Positions 33,219 through 42,388 are shown, counted from the stretch's first letter. The stretch: 47,295 bases of DNA from Ectothiorhodospiraceae bacterium (GCA_007134055.1 SLLM01000212.1:1-47295); one strand, 5' to 3'. Numbers and translations: made by a program. The notes: generated by a model not told the origin, from the sequence alone.

Positions 33219-33547
33219 GGCACCACGACTGACCCGGGCCGGGACCCGCAGGAGGGCATGAGATGGCTCCGGAGGAATTTCCTGCGCCTCCCGTCGAAAT
33301 GCCCAGGGTGACAACGGCCCCGTGTGATCATGCGCCTGCGCTCGGCCGCCGCCCGCCACGGCGTGGCCGAAGCGGCGTCCTTCTGCTAGTAGTTACTGAA
33401 AGGCTGGCAGTTTCAGGGAACTGAAGGATGATCGATCGCCGGATGGGCGATGCGGTCGGGTGATCACGGACCTCATCCACGCGAACGTCGAGCGTGGCCA
33501 CGTGATGCGTACGTGCTTGTGCTTCGCGAAGCAGGAGGAATTGCACC

Positions 33548-33781
33548 ATGGCCAGCCTTAAGGAATACCTGAAACTGATGGAAGAAGACGCAGTACTGCG
33601 CGACATGCTCACCCGCGACCCGGGTGGAACGCTGACACAGGCGCGCATTTCCCTCGAGGACAAGAAACTCCTCGAGAGCGGGGATCCGGACGCCATCGCC
33701 AGGGCTGCCGACGTCAAAGACCTGTCACCTGCTGTACGCGAGGTGATCAAGCAGGTCGGCAAGCACTTCGCCAAACCCTGA
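33548..33781 (+). CDS. Small LigA-fold protein resembling a split-borosin RiPP precursor (SonA-like)
   Basis: Strong AGGAGG RBS; LxxYLxxMxxDAxLxxxxxxDPxxxLxxxxIS.E...L.SGD pattern. Confidence 0.65.
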   Translation: MASLKEYLKLMEEDAVLRDMLTRDPGGTLTQARISLEDKKLLESGDPDAIARAADVKDLSPAVREVIKQVGKHFAKP

Positions 33782-33925
33782 GGCATTCAGGGACGGGCGC
33801 AGGATTTGTCGCTTCGCTTCCGGCCCACCCCCGCTACCATTGCCTGGACCGGCACTGGCGGGTGTGGCTGGCACTGACCGGGATTCCGGTCGGGCTTCCG
33901 ACCCCGGCGTTGTTGAGGCGGATCG

Positions 33926-34576
33926 TTACGTGTCCCCGACGCCCATCCTTTCCAATCCAACCAACCCGGTCACGAAGGCGACGGGCAGCACGGCCGTGGC
34001 CATGGCCACCGTGACAATGAACACCGGCAGGGTGAGGAAACGACCCGCACCGTAGGCCATGGCGATGCCGCCACCGCCGCCGAGCGCCGTGTTGCCTGGG
34101 AGATTCAGCAGGGTGGCCAGCGACAGGATCGGCAGGACGCCCCCCGGCAGGCGCGCGGCAAGACGATGCAGGCGACCCTGGCAGTGAGCGGGCAAGGACG
34201 CGCGCCGGAGCAGGTCCACTCCTGCGATCCGCCGGCCGATGAGGTAGGCCGTGGTCAGACCCATGCAAGTGGCCAGATGGGCTCCCAAGGCGCCCGGTGC
34301 GCCGAACAGGATCATGATCAGCAGCCCGATCTCCACGGACGGAACGAACGGCACGGCAAGAAGCAGTGCATAGACGACGCAGGCGACGATGAGCACCGCG
34401 GTGCTCTCGGTCCGCTGCAGCAGCCACTGGGGCGGCTCGCCGGTAGCCTTCATGACCGCCAGCAGCACCGCGGCCAGCAACAGCAGATTGCGCAGTCGCA
34501 GGATCCGGCGTCCGTGATTCCGCCACAGGATCTGCCACGCGGGAGTTGTCCGGCAAAGGCCGGGGTTGCGGTGCAT
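33926..34576 (-). CDS. Membrane protein, DedA/VTT (TVP38)-like
   Basis: Multiple TM segments; LLAVPFVPSVEIG re-entrant-type motif, AYLIGR and NLPGN. Confidence 0.6.
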   Translation of the reverse strand: MHRNPGLCRTTPAWQILWRNHGRRILRLRNLLLLAAVLLAVMKATGEPPQWLLQRTESTAVLIVACVVYALLLAVPFVPSVEIGLLIMILFGAPGALGAHLATCMGLTTAYLIGRRIAGVDLLRRASLPAHCQGRLHRLAARLPGGVLPILSLATLLNLPGNTALGGGGGIAMAYGAGRFLTLPVFIVTVAMATAVLPVAFVTGLVGLERMGVGDT

Positions 34577-34659
34577 GGCTGTTGTCCTCCGTCCCCCACG
34601 ACCGGTGTGGTGGCGTTGCCGCAGGACGGCGGACCGCCCCGCGGCACCGGTTGCCGTGC

Positions 34660-35142
34660 CTACTGTCTCGGGTCGTCCTCCGGGTTCACGTATTCGATCC
34701 CCCAGGGGCCCGTGCCATGGAGCTGGAAGACGACTTCACCCTCGGCGTACCCGTACATCGGCGCACCCGGTGACATGATGAAGGTGCTTCCCTCGGGCAG
34801 GGCCCTGGTCTGATCGGGATCGAATTCCTCGCCGTGGGCAAAGTGCAGGGTGCCCTGGAGAACAGTGCCGCGCTCGTACGCCGGATGGATGTGCGGCTTG
34901 ATCTCGTATCCATCCTCCAGGCGCAGGCGGAAGGTAAAGGGTTCCTCCCTGGAGATGTCGCCTTCGATGATCGCAATCTCGGCACCTTCGCCCATGGAAC
35001 CCACCGGCCCCCAATCCAGTTCATCGGGCATGACGAATACGTGCCCGCCGGAGCCCGGTTGATAGGGGGTGTTGCCGGCAAGGGCCGTGGAGAGCCCCAG
35101 CGCCAGGGCTGAAGCGCTCGTGATGATGGTCAACGCCTTCAT
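34660..35142 (-). CDS. Secreted cupin-domain protein
   Basis: Signal peptide; PHIHPAYE..TVLQG cupin metal motif; QLHGTGPWGIEYVNPEDDP; GGAGG RBS. Confidence 0.85.
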   Translation of the reverse strand: MKALTIITSASALALGLSTALAGNTPYQPGSGGHVFVMPDELDWGPVGSMGEGAEIAIIEGDISREEPFTFRLRLEDGYEIKPHIHPAYERGTVLQGTLHFAHGEEFDPDQTRALPEGSTFIMSPGAPMYGYAEGEVVFQLHGTGPWGIEYVNPEDDPRQ

Positions 35143-35175
35143 GGTCTACGTCCTCCGTATCGCGGTCTTGTGCGG

Positions 35176-35973
35176 TTACTCCGGCTTGGTTGCCAGCAGG
35201 TTGACGCTCTTCACGCCATAGCTGCGGCTGGCGGCCTGGGCGGCGTCGGTGAGGAAGCGGTACTGCGGGTTGTCCTGGAACGCGACCATCTCCAGCCCTG
35301 CCGCCGTGATACCGCCGCGGTAGTCGTCCTGCTGCATGGCGCCGCCGATGCAGGCCGCCCACAGGGTCGAGTCGCACTTCACCTTCTCCGGCAGCGGACT
35401 CTCGGTGACGATGTCCGACAACGCCAGACGGCCCCCCGGCCGCAGCACGCGGGCGATGCCGGCGAACACCCGGTCCTTCTCCGCGGACAGGTTGATGACG
35501 CCGTTGCTGATCACGACATCGACGCTGGCATCATCGAAGGGTGGTTCCTCGATATAGCCGGCATGGAAGGATATGTTGTGGAAGCCGTTCTCGCGGGCCA
35601 GACGCTGTGCCTTCTCCCGCTGCTCGTCGGTCATGTCGAGCCCGAGAACGCGTCCCGTCGGCCCCGTGTACAGCGCCGCCAGGAACGTGTCCGTGCCCGA
35701 ACCGCTACCCAGATCCAGCACCGTCTCCCCGGGCCGGATGGCAGCCAGGCCGAGGAAGTGGCCCACGCCCGCGAAGGACTCCAGCGCCTGCCGGGGAATA
35801 CGGTCGAGGTCAGCCGGAGGATAACCCAGCTCCTCGGCCAGGGGCCGGCCCATCGCGAAGTGGAATTCCCCCTCAGGCTCTTTCGCAACGCGGCGGTACA
35901 TGTCCTTGACCTTCTGCTCCAGGGCGCCACGGTCCACCAGACCGGACTCACGAATGGGTGTCGTCGTTGCCAT
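35176..35973 (-). CDS. ArsM-like class I SAM-dependent methyltransferase
   Basis: VLDLGSGSGTD, GLDMT, DVVISNGVINL, RVLRPGG and WAACIGGA motifs. Confidence 0.88.
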   Translation of the reverse strand: MATTTPIRESGLVDRGALEQKVKDMYRRVAKEPEGEFHFAMGRPLAEELGYPPADLDRIPRQALESFAGVGHFLGLAAIRPGETVLDLGSGSGTDTFLAALYTGPTGRVLGLDMTDEQREKAQRLARENGFHNISFHAGYIEEPPFDDASVDVVISNGVINLSAEKDRVFAGIARVLRPGGRLALSDIVTESPLPEKVKCDSTLWAACIGGAMQQDDYRGGITAAGLEMVAFQDNPQYRFLTDAAQAASRSYGVKSVNLLATKPE

Positions 35974-36154
35974 TGCTCTCTCTCCTCTGGTTCGAATTCC
36001 TCATCGCCACTCGCGGGTGAGTCCCGGAGTGCTCGCAAGGACGTATGGAGGGGGGCAAATGGTTCCAACGGACTTTTTCGCTCCGGCTGGAACGCTTTCA
36101 CCACGGCTGGCGCTAGACTTGCCGGATGCAGGGTTTCTCATTGCAGGGCAGGAC

Positions 36155-36808
36155 ATGCCGGACAACGACACCAGACAGCGACAGCGGCGGGAGGCAGTCC
36201 GCGCGCGCTTCGAGCAGGAAATCGAACGCCTGCTGGACCGTCTCTACGGCACCGCCCTGCGTCTCACGCGTAACCCGGATGATGCCGAGGATGTGGTAGC
36301 CGAAGCCGTTGAGAAGGCGTGGGAACAGGTGCCGAAGTTGCGTGACTGGGCGCGCTTCGAGGGCTGGATGTTCCGCATCCTGAACAACACCTTCGTCACA
36401 CTGTGGCGTCGGCGCCGCTCGCGCCAGGACCGCGAGACCGCCGTGGACGAGCTATCGCGGGACTCCGTGGATGCCGCGTCCTTTTCCCTGTTCCAGAAGC
36501 TCCACCAGCCATTCCTTCTCTGGTGGGGCACCCCCGAGGAACAGTTCGTGGACGGCCTTGTCCAGGAAGACCTGGCCAAGGCGGTCGATGCGCTGCCGGA
36601 CGCCTATCGGCTGGTGGTTGTGCTCGTGGAACTGCAGGGGTATACGTACGAGGAAGCAGCGGCATTGCTCGCTCTGCCCGTCGGGACCGTGCGCTCGCGG
36701 CTTAATCGGGGGCGCGGGCTTCTGCAGAAGGCGTTGTGGGAGTATGGACGGCACGCAGATGAGGGGCAGCCACCGGGTCCGAAGCATCCGCAGTCTGGCG
36801 GGGAGTGA
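36155..36808 (+). CDS. ECF RNA polymerase sigma factor
   Basis: LYGTALRLTRNPDDAEDVV, WMFRILNN and YEEAAALLALPVGTVRSRLNRGR motifs; start taken at ATG 36155. Confidence 0.92.
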   Translation: MPDNDTRQRQRREAVRARFEQEIERLLDRLYGTALRLTRNPDDAEDVVAEAVEKAWEQVPKLRDWARFEGWMFRILNNTFVTLWRRRRSRQDRETAVDELSRDSVDAASFSLFQKLHQPFLLWWGTPEEQFVDGLVQEDLAKAVDALPDAYRLVVVLVELQGYTYEEAAALLALPVGTVRSRLNRGRGLLQKALWEYGRHADEGQPPGPKHPQSGGE

Positions 36809-37047
36809 CAATGAGCCGGGATGACCTTACCTGCGAGGAGGTCCTGGAGCAGCTCTTCGCCTACCTGGACCAGGAGCTGGATGGCGACCGACTGGCTGCC
36901 ATGGACCGGCATCTGCGGCGGTGTCGTGACTGCTTCACCAGGGCCGAGTTCGAGAAACGCCTGCGCGCCCGGGTCCGGGAGACCGGCACGGCGCAGGCGC
37001 CGGAGCGGTTGCGGCAGCGGGTGAAAAAGGTGCTCGACCGCTACTGA
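36805..37047 (+). CDS. Soluble zinc-binding anti-sigma factor (zf-HC2/ZAS, RsrA-like)
   Basis: CEEV...YLDQEL...HLRRCRDC (HxxxCxxC); GTGA overlap with the sigma stop (alternative ATG at 36811). Confidence 0.9.
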   Translation: MTMSRDDLTCEEVLEQLFAYLDQELDGDRLAAMDRHLRRCRDCFTRAEFEKRLRARVRETGTAQAPERLRQRVKKVLDRY

Positions 37048-37077
37048 ACCAGTACGCGATGACGGGGGGTATTCGCC

Positions 37078-38310
37078 ATGGTGGCGATACTCGGGTATTC
37101 GCGAGATCAGATCTTCGCAGCGGTCAGGGATATGTACAGCGCGGTGTCCCGCGCGCCCGATGACGGTTTCCATTTTCCCGTCGGGCGGCCCGCCGCGGAG
37201 GCGCTCGGCTATCCATCGGATGTCCTCGACCGGCTGCCCAAATCGTCCGTGGAAGCCTTCGCCGGCGTCGGCTACCCTTTCTCCGCCCAGGCGATTCAGC
37301 CGGGTGACGTCACCCTGGACATCGGCGCCGGTGCCGGCAATGACGCCCTCATCGCCGCGGCACGGGTAGGTGACAAGGGCCGGGTTATCGCCCTGGACCT
37401 GACAAGGGCCATGACCCGGCGCATCAGGGCCGCTGCAGAGGAGTCCGGTGTAACGAACCTCAGCGTCCTGGAAGCGTCCGGGGAGTGCCTGCCCCTGGCC
37501 GACGGCAGCGTGGACAGCATCACCAGCAACGGGGCCCTCAATCTGATACCGGACAAGCGCCGCGCCGTTGCGGAGATATTCCGTGTCCTGCGCCCTGGCG
37601 GACGGCTGCAGATCGCCGATGTGGTCATCCGCCGTCCGGTGACCGTGGACTGCAGCGACGACCCACGCCTGTGGGTGGAGTGCGTGGTGGGTGCCACTGT
37701 GGACGAGGAACTGCTCGCCATGTTCCAGGACGCCGGTTTCGAACATATCCGTGTGGTACGCAGGCTTGATTACTTCTCCCACAGCCCCAGCGCCCAGACC
37801 CGGGAGATCGCCGCCAGTTTCGATGCCTACTCCGTGGAACTGGGCATGCAGCGTGCCGCGCAAGCGCCGAGCGCGATCCAGCATTGGTCGCGCCGCCTCA
37901 ACCCCATGCGGGGGCTGCGATCCCTCTGGCGCCGCGGTGCCGCCGGCGTGGCAAGCCTGGCCCTGGCGGTGCTCACCTGCTACGGCACCCTGGGCGCGCT
38001 CGCACTCCTGGCGGCCATGGGCGCGGGGGTTGGCCTGAACGAAGGGCTCTGGGCGACCGCGATTGCCCTGTTCGCGGTGCTGACCGTCGCCGCGGTCGCC
38101 CCGGGCTGGCGCTACCACAGCAACGTCGGCCCGATGGTACTGTGCGCGGTCGGGGCCGCAGTGATCTGCTACGCGTTGTTCGTGCACTACACGATGGTCG
38201 TAGAGCTGATCGGCTTCCTGGTCCTTGCCGCCGGCGTGGGCTGGGACATCCACCTCCGACGCCGGAAGCAGGCACGCGTGCTTGGCCTGAAGACGGCAGC
38301 GGATTACTGA
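37078..38310 (+). CDS. ArsM-like methyltransferase fused to a C-terminal MerC-like 4-TM domain
   Basis: LDIGAGAGND, SNGALNL and WVECVVGA motifs; then four hydrophobic helices with LTCYGTL and WRYHSNVGP. Confidence 0.8.
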   Translation: MVAILGYSRDQIFAAVRDMYSAVSRAPDDGFHFPVGRPAAEALGYPSDVLDRLPKSSVEAFAGVGYPFSAQAIQPGDVTLDIGAGAGNDALIAAARVGDKGRVIALDLTRAMTRRIRAAAEESGVTNLSVLEASGECLPLADGSVDSITSNGALNLIPDKRRAVAEIFRVLRPGGRLQIADVVIRRPVTVDCSDDPRLWVECVVGATVDEELLAMFQDAGFEHIRVVRRLDYFSHSPSAQTREIAASFDAYSVELGMQRAAQAPSAIQHWSRRLNPMRGLRSLWRRGAAGVASLALAVLTCYGTLGALALLAAMGAGVGLNEGLWATAIALFAVLTVAAVAPGWRYHSNVGPMVLCAVGAAVICYALFVHYTMVVELIGFLVLAAGVGWDIHLRRRKQARVLGLKTAADY

Positions 38311-38694
38311 CCTTTCGGAAAGCAACGGTGCATCGGGGTGCTCCTTCCAACCACCCGGGCGCCTTGCCGGGGCATGGAACATCAACCGACGGTCACGACT
38401 TGCGCCCCCTTGCACAACCCTTGGCGAGCCGCCGTGGGGCGCATCTTCGCGCACCAGTCGACCAACGGCCACGCCCGGCATCGTGTCACGGGGAGGTGTG
38501 AATCCTGATGGACCAACCAGGGAAGTGCTGAAGTATTCACAGGGCCGTGCTCGAGACCGGTGTTCGTCCATGGCCAGGAACAAGCCGCCTCAGGCAGTGG
38601 TTCTACATTTGGTGGCCTGCGACCACGCCAGGGGCGAACACCGACCAGGCCCCAAGGGGTTGCACACAGAGCCTGCGCGCTGCGGAGTTCTGCT

Positions 38695-39441
38695 ATGAGC
38701 GAAGTCGTCTACTGGTTGGATCTGGCGGGGGTAATGGTCTTCGCGCTCTCGGGAGTGATCGTCGCCTGTCGTTCGCGGATGGACCCGTTCGGCATGCTGG
38801 TGCTGGCGGCCGTGACAGGCGTCGGGGGAGGCACGCTTCGCGACCTGGTGCTGGGCGTCCGGCCCGTGTTCTGGGTTACCGATCCCACCTATCTGTGGGT
38901 GATCCTGGCCGTTGTCGGATTGTCCGTCGTCGGCTTCCATTTCATTCACCGCGTGTCGCGGGTGTTCCTTCCCGTTGCAGACGCATTCGGCCTGGCGCTT
39001 TTTACCGTGATCGGCACCCACAAGGCGTTGCTGCTGGAAGCGCCCGCGGCGGTTGCCGTGCTGATGGGATTGCTGACCGGCGTTGCCGGGGGGATGATTC
39101 GCGACGTGCTCGCGCGGCGCATTCCCATGGTGCTGCAAAGGGAGATCTATGCCACGGCATCCATTGCCGGCGGCATCACGCTGGTGACGTTCGCTGGCCT
39201 GGGCGCCCCATTCGCGTTGAGCCTCCCGGTGGCGTTGCTGGTCACCCTCTTACTGCGGCTGGCGGCCATTTACTGGCACTTGGCATTGCCGGTGTTTGCG
39301 TGGGTGGAAATGCACTCGGAAGGTGAACCCGGGGGCGACAACGACGAAGTGACCCGGGACGACCACAGTGCGGACCGGGATCGGAAACCCGGCAGCCGGG
39401 TGAAGCTGATTCGTCAGAAGCCTCCGCAGCGCAGGCCGTAG
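38695..39441 (+). CDS. Trimeric intracellular cation channel (TRIC / YadS, UPF0126) family protein
   Basis: Duplicated GGGTLRD / GGMIRD motifs; DAFGLALF; EIYATAS. Confidence 0.9.
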   Translation: MSEVVYWLDLAGVMVFALSGVIVACRSRMDPFGMLVLAAVTGVGGGTLRDLVLGVRPVFWVTDPTYLWVILAVVGLSVVGFHFIHRVSRVFLPVADAFGLALFTVIGTHKALLLEAPAAVAVLMGLLTGVAGGMIRDVLARRIPMVLQREIYATASIAGGITLVTFAGLGAPFALSLPVALLVTLLLRLAAIYWHLALPVFAWVEMHSEGEPGGDNDEVTRDDHSADRDRKPGSRVKLIRQKPPQRRP

Positions 39442-39674
39442 TACCACTTCGACGAATCGGACCCCAACGGGCTGCGCCGGGCGGGCCTGCCGCCTGCGTA
39501 TTCCGACGCCTCGTAACCACCTGTTCCGATCCCTCAAGAACCGGGGCAACGACGAAGGCCCATGAATGTACGGTCTCACCGCACCGATGGTGCTCGGGGG
39601 CGCCTGGAGTGGCAGCACGGGCGATGGATCAGGCGTCCGCTACGGCGGATCGGTGGGCGCGGTCCGCCTCGGAT

Positions 39675-39806
39675 CTACTCAACCAGGATCTCCCCGGAGC
39701 CTCCCATTTCCTGTGGCGCATTCTTCATCTTCGTGAGTCCGTCCTTTATGCGTAGCACTGCTTCCTGGTAGTGGACATGAACACCTGCCTGGTGTCGTAC
39801 CGGCAT
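39675..39806 (-). pseudogene. C-terminal remnant of a GFA-family protein
   Basis: Hand translation ...AGVHVHYQEAVLRIKDGLTKMKNAPQEMGGSGEILVE*, recalled as a typical GFA C-terminus; the N-terminal Cys motifs are absent. Confidence 0.6.
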
Positions 39807-39872
39807 CGTCGCCCGCACAGCGACCCCTCATGAGACGCACAACAACGCACGGGGTGCAGGGGGTGCGCGGGT

Positions 39873-41414
39873 TCACACCCTGAAGTGACTCACCAGCTGG
39901 CGCAGGTTGCCGGTGAGTTCCGTGAGCTCCTCGCTCGCCGAGGCCGTGGACCGGGTATCCTGCGCCGCCTCCTCCGCAATCTCGACGATCCGCGACAGGC
40001 TGCGGTTGATGCTATCCACCATCGTCGCCTGCTCTTCCGCGGCGCTGGCGATCCGCACGTTCATGTCGTTGATGGTGGTAATCGCCTGCGCCACCCCGCC
40101 CAGGGCCACTTCCGCTTCCCCCGCCTTCTGCACCGTGGACTCGCCGCGGGCACTGTTCTCGTGCATGACGGTGACCGCCCGCTGCGCGCCCTTCTGCAGG
40201 TTCTCGATCTTGGCGTTGATGTCAGTGGTGCTGGCTTGCGTCCGGTTGGCGAGAGTACGGACTTCGTCCGCAACCACCGCGAAGCCACGCCCCTGCTCGC
40301 CGGCCCGGGCGGCCTCGATCGCGGCATTCAGGGCCAGCAGGTTGGTCTGCTCGGCAATGCTGCTGATCACGTCGACCATGGAGGTGATATCGCCCACCGC
40401 GTCATCCAGTTCGTTGATCACCCCGGCAGCTGTATCCACCTCGCCGGCCAGGGTGCGAATGGCCTCGACCGCCGTGTTGACGAGATCGCGCGCCCGCTTG
40501 CCTTCCTTGTCGGCCTTCTCGGCAGCCGCGGCTGCGCTACTCGCGTTCCTCGAGACCTCCTGGGCCGCGCTGTCCATTTCGTTCATGGCGGTGGCGACCT
40601 GATCGGTCTCGGCCCGCTGATTGCTCACGCCTTCGTTGGTCCGCGATGCCAGGCGACGCATCTCGGCGGTTGAGCTGCCGATCTGCCCGGTGGCGCCCAC
40701 GACCCTGTCGACCAGATCATGGATCTTGCCGACGAACCGGTTGAAGGCCCCGGCCACCGCCCCGATCTCGTCCTCGCGCTTGATGTTCAGGCGGCATGTC
40801 AGATCCCCACCCCCCTGGGCGATGTCCGCCAGCGCTTCCTGGACATCGCGGATGGGCCGGGTGACCAGATGCTGGGTGACGAAGGCGATGACACTGGCAA
40901 TGATGACGACCAGCAGTACGGTCTGGCCGGCGGTGCGAACCAGTGACTCACCCTGCATCTGGTTGATGGTGGAATGGTCAGCCAGCACGACCAGCCGCCC
41001 GACGTCATTGCCTTCATGGGTGAGGTCGTGTTCGCTGACGTGACGGGCATCGTCCGGGACAGACGCACTGGGAACCACCGCACCAGCCGCGTCCACCCGA
41101 CGCCCGGCAACGGGCTCACCAGCGTCATCGAAGACGTAGACCCCACCAATACTCACGCCCTCGGCCTCGGAGGCCACAATGGTTTCAAGCTGGTCGAACT
41201 CGTAATTCCACAATGTCGCAGGAGCATTGAGCAAGATGCGCGTGACGGAGGCATCGACTTCCCGCTGGAGCTGGCGCTCCAGCGCACCCTGTGTCCGGAA
41301 ATGGTTATAGGAGCCGAATGCCGCGAGCAGCACAACCAGGACAACGGCGATGAAGAGGTTGTAACGGAAATTGATCGAGCGGGTCAGGGACACGGCCATG
41401 ACTACACCATCCAT
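39873..41414 (-). CDS. Methyl-accepting chemotaxis protein
   Basis: TM-short periplasmic domain-TM, HAMP, and [34 protein letters not shown]. Confidence 0.95.
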   Translation of the reverse strand: MDGVVMAVSLTRSINFRYNLFIAVVLVVLLAAFGSYNHFRTQGALERQLQREVDASVTRILLNAPATLWNYEFDQLETIVASEAEGVSIGGVYVFDDAGEPVAGRRVDAAGAVVPSASVPDDARHVSEHDLTHEGNDVGRLVVLADHSTINQMQGESLVRTAGQTVLLVVIIASVIAFVTQHLVTRPIRDVQEALADIAQGGGDLTCRLNIKREDEIGAVAGAFNRFVGKIHDLVDRVVGATGQIGSSTAEMRRLASRTNEGVSNQRAETDQVATAMNEMDSAAQEVSRNASSAAAAAEKADKEGKRARDLVNTAVEAIRTLAGEVDTAAGVINELDDAVGDITSMVDVISSIAEQTNLLALNAAIEAARAGEQGRGFAVVADEVRTLANRTQASTTDINAKIENLQKGAQRAVTVMHENSARGESTVQKAGEAEVALGGVAQAITTINDMNVRIASAAEEQATMVDSINRSLSRIVEIAEEAAQDTRSTASASEELTELTGNLRQLVSHFRV

Positions 41415-41638
41415 GGTTGCCTCATCCGTTGCCGGACGTGGGTTGCGAGGTCCCCCGCGCTAACGAGGCACCCGCGAATACCGCGCGTATGTGCCAGTGG
41501 ATCCGATTCCGCGCCCTTCACGCCTTGACGTGGCATACGCAACGATCTTGCCCGAAATCATCGGCAGGGTCGGCAAACCCTTGAGCTGACCGCATACGGT
41601 GGTATGGCCATTCGCCTCCACGCCACCGGCAAGCCCGG

Positions 41639-42388
41639 TTACTGCAGGTACTCGCCACTGATCTCCTGCACGAAGCCTTCCTCCTGGAGTTCTTCCAGCG
41701 TGGCCTGCAGGCGTGCGATCAGTGCATCGTCCACGCCGCGATGGAACGCAAAGCCCATGGTACTCTCATGCAGGGTGTAGACATCTTCATATTCCGTGGT
41801 GTCTTCGCCCATCCTGGAGAGGTGCCAGTAGGCGATATCCTGAGCGTAGGCCACGGCATCGACACGCCCGCCAATCAGCATCCTGAGCATGCTCTCGGTG
41901 TTGCTGGTCTCCTGCATCACTGACTCGTCCACCCCGAGATCCCGCAACAGCAGCTGCCCGATATCCTCGCGGATCACGCCGATGGACAGCTCGTTCATGT
42001 CCTCCACCGAGTCGACGGAGAGGCTGCTCTCTGCGGGGGCCAGCAAATTCACGGAAGACGGAATGATCGGCCCCACGAACTGGAACATCTCCTCGCGTTC
42101 ATCGGTGTAGGTCATCCCGAACAGTGCCGTCCCGGGTTCGTTCTGGATGATCCTGTAGGAACGGGCCCATGGAAGGAACTCGATGTCGTCGGCGGACACG
42201 TCGACATCAAGCCGGTCGAACATTTCCATGAGCACGTCGTAGATAATGCCACTGGGCGAGCCGTCTTCATCCTGATAGTTGTACGGGGGGTACTCCTCAC
42301 TCATCCAGCGCAGCCCTTCCAGGCTGTCCGCGGCGGCAACGGACGAAAAAAGGGCAGCGGTGAGAAGTCCAGGCAATACCTTGGGCAT
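41639..42388 (-). CDS. Periplasmic substrate-binding protein (SBP family 3-like)
   Basis: Signal peptide; EEYPPYNY, LPWARS and GRVDAVA motifs; GGAGG RBS. Confidence 0.88.
   Translation of the reverse strand: MPKVLPGLLTAALFSSVAAADSLEGLRWMSEEYPPYNYQDEDGSPSGIIYDVLMEMFDRLDVDVSADDIEFLPWARSYRIIQNEPGTALFGMTYTDEREEMFQFVGPIIPSSVNLLAPAESSLSVDSVEDMNELSIGVIREDIGQLLLRDLGVDESVMQETSNTESMLRMLIGGRVDAVAYAQDIAYWHLSRMGEDTTEYEDVYTLHESTMGFAFHRGVDDALIARLQATLEELQEEGFVQEISGEYLQ

Noticed and set aside
35176-38310. These MTases as the borosin enzyme for the 77-aa peptide, or as selenoproteins
   Set aside because: They have class I Rossmann motifs rather than the tetrapyrrole-methylase fold, and neither has an in-frame UGA.
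36604-38583. 659-aa minus-strand ORF
   Set aside because: It is antisense to the sigma, anti-sigma and MTase-MerC genes and has shadow-ORF composition.
38311-38694. Riboswitch (e.g. glycine) upstream of the TRIC-family gene
   Set aside because: No recognisable aptamer consensus was seen.
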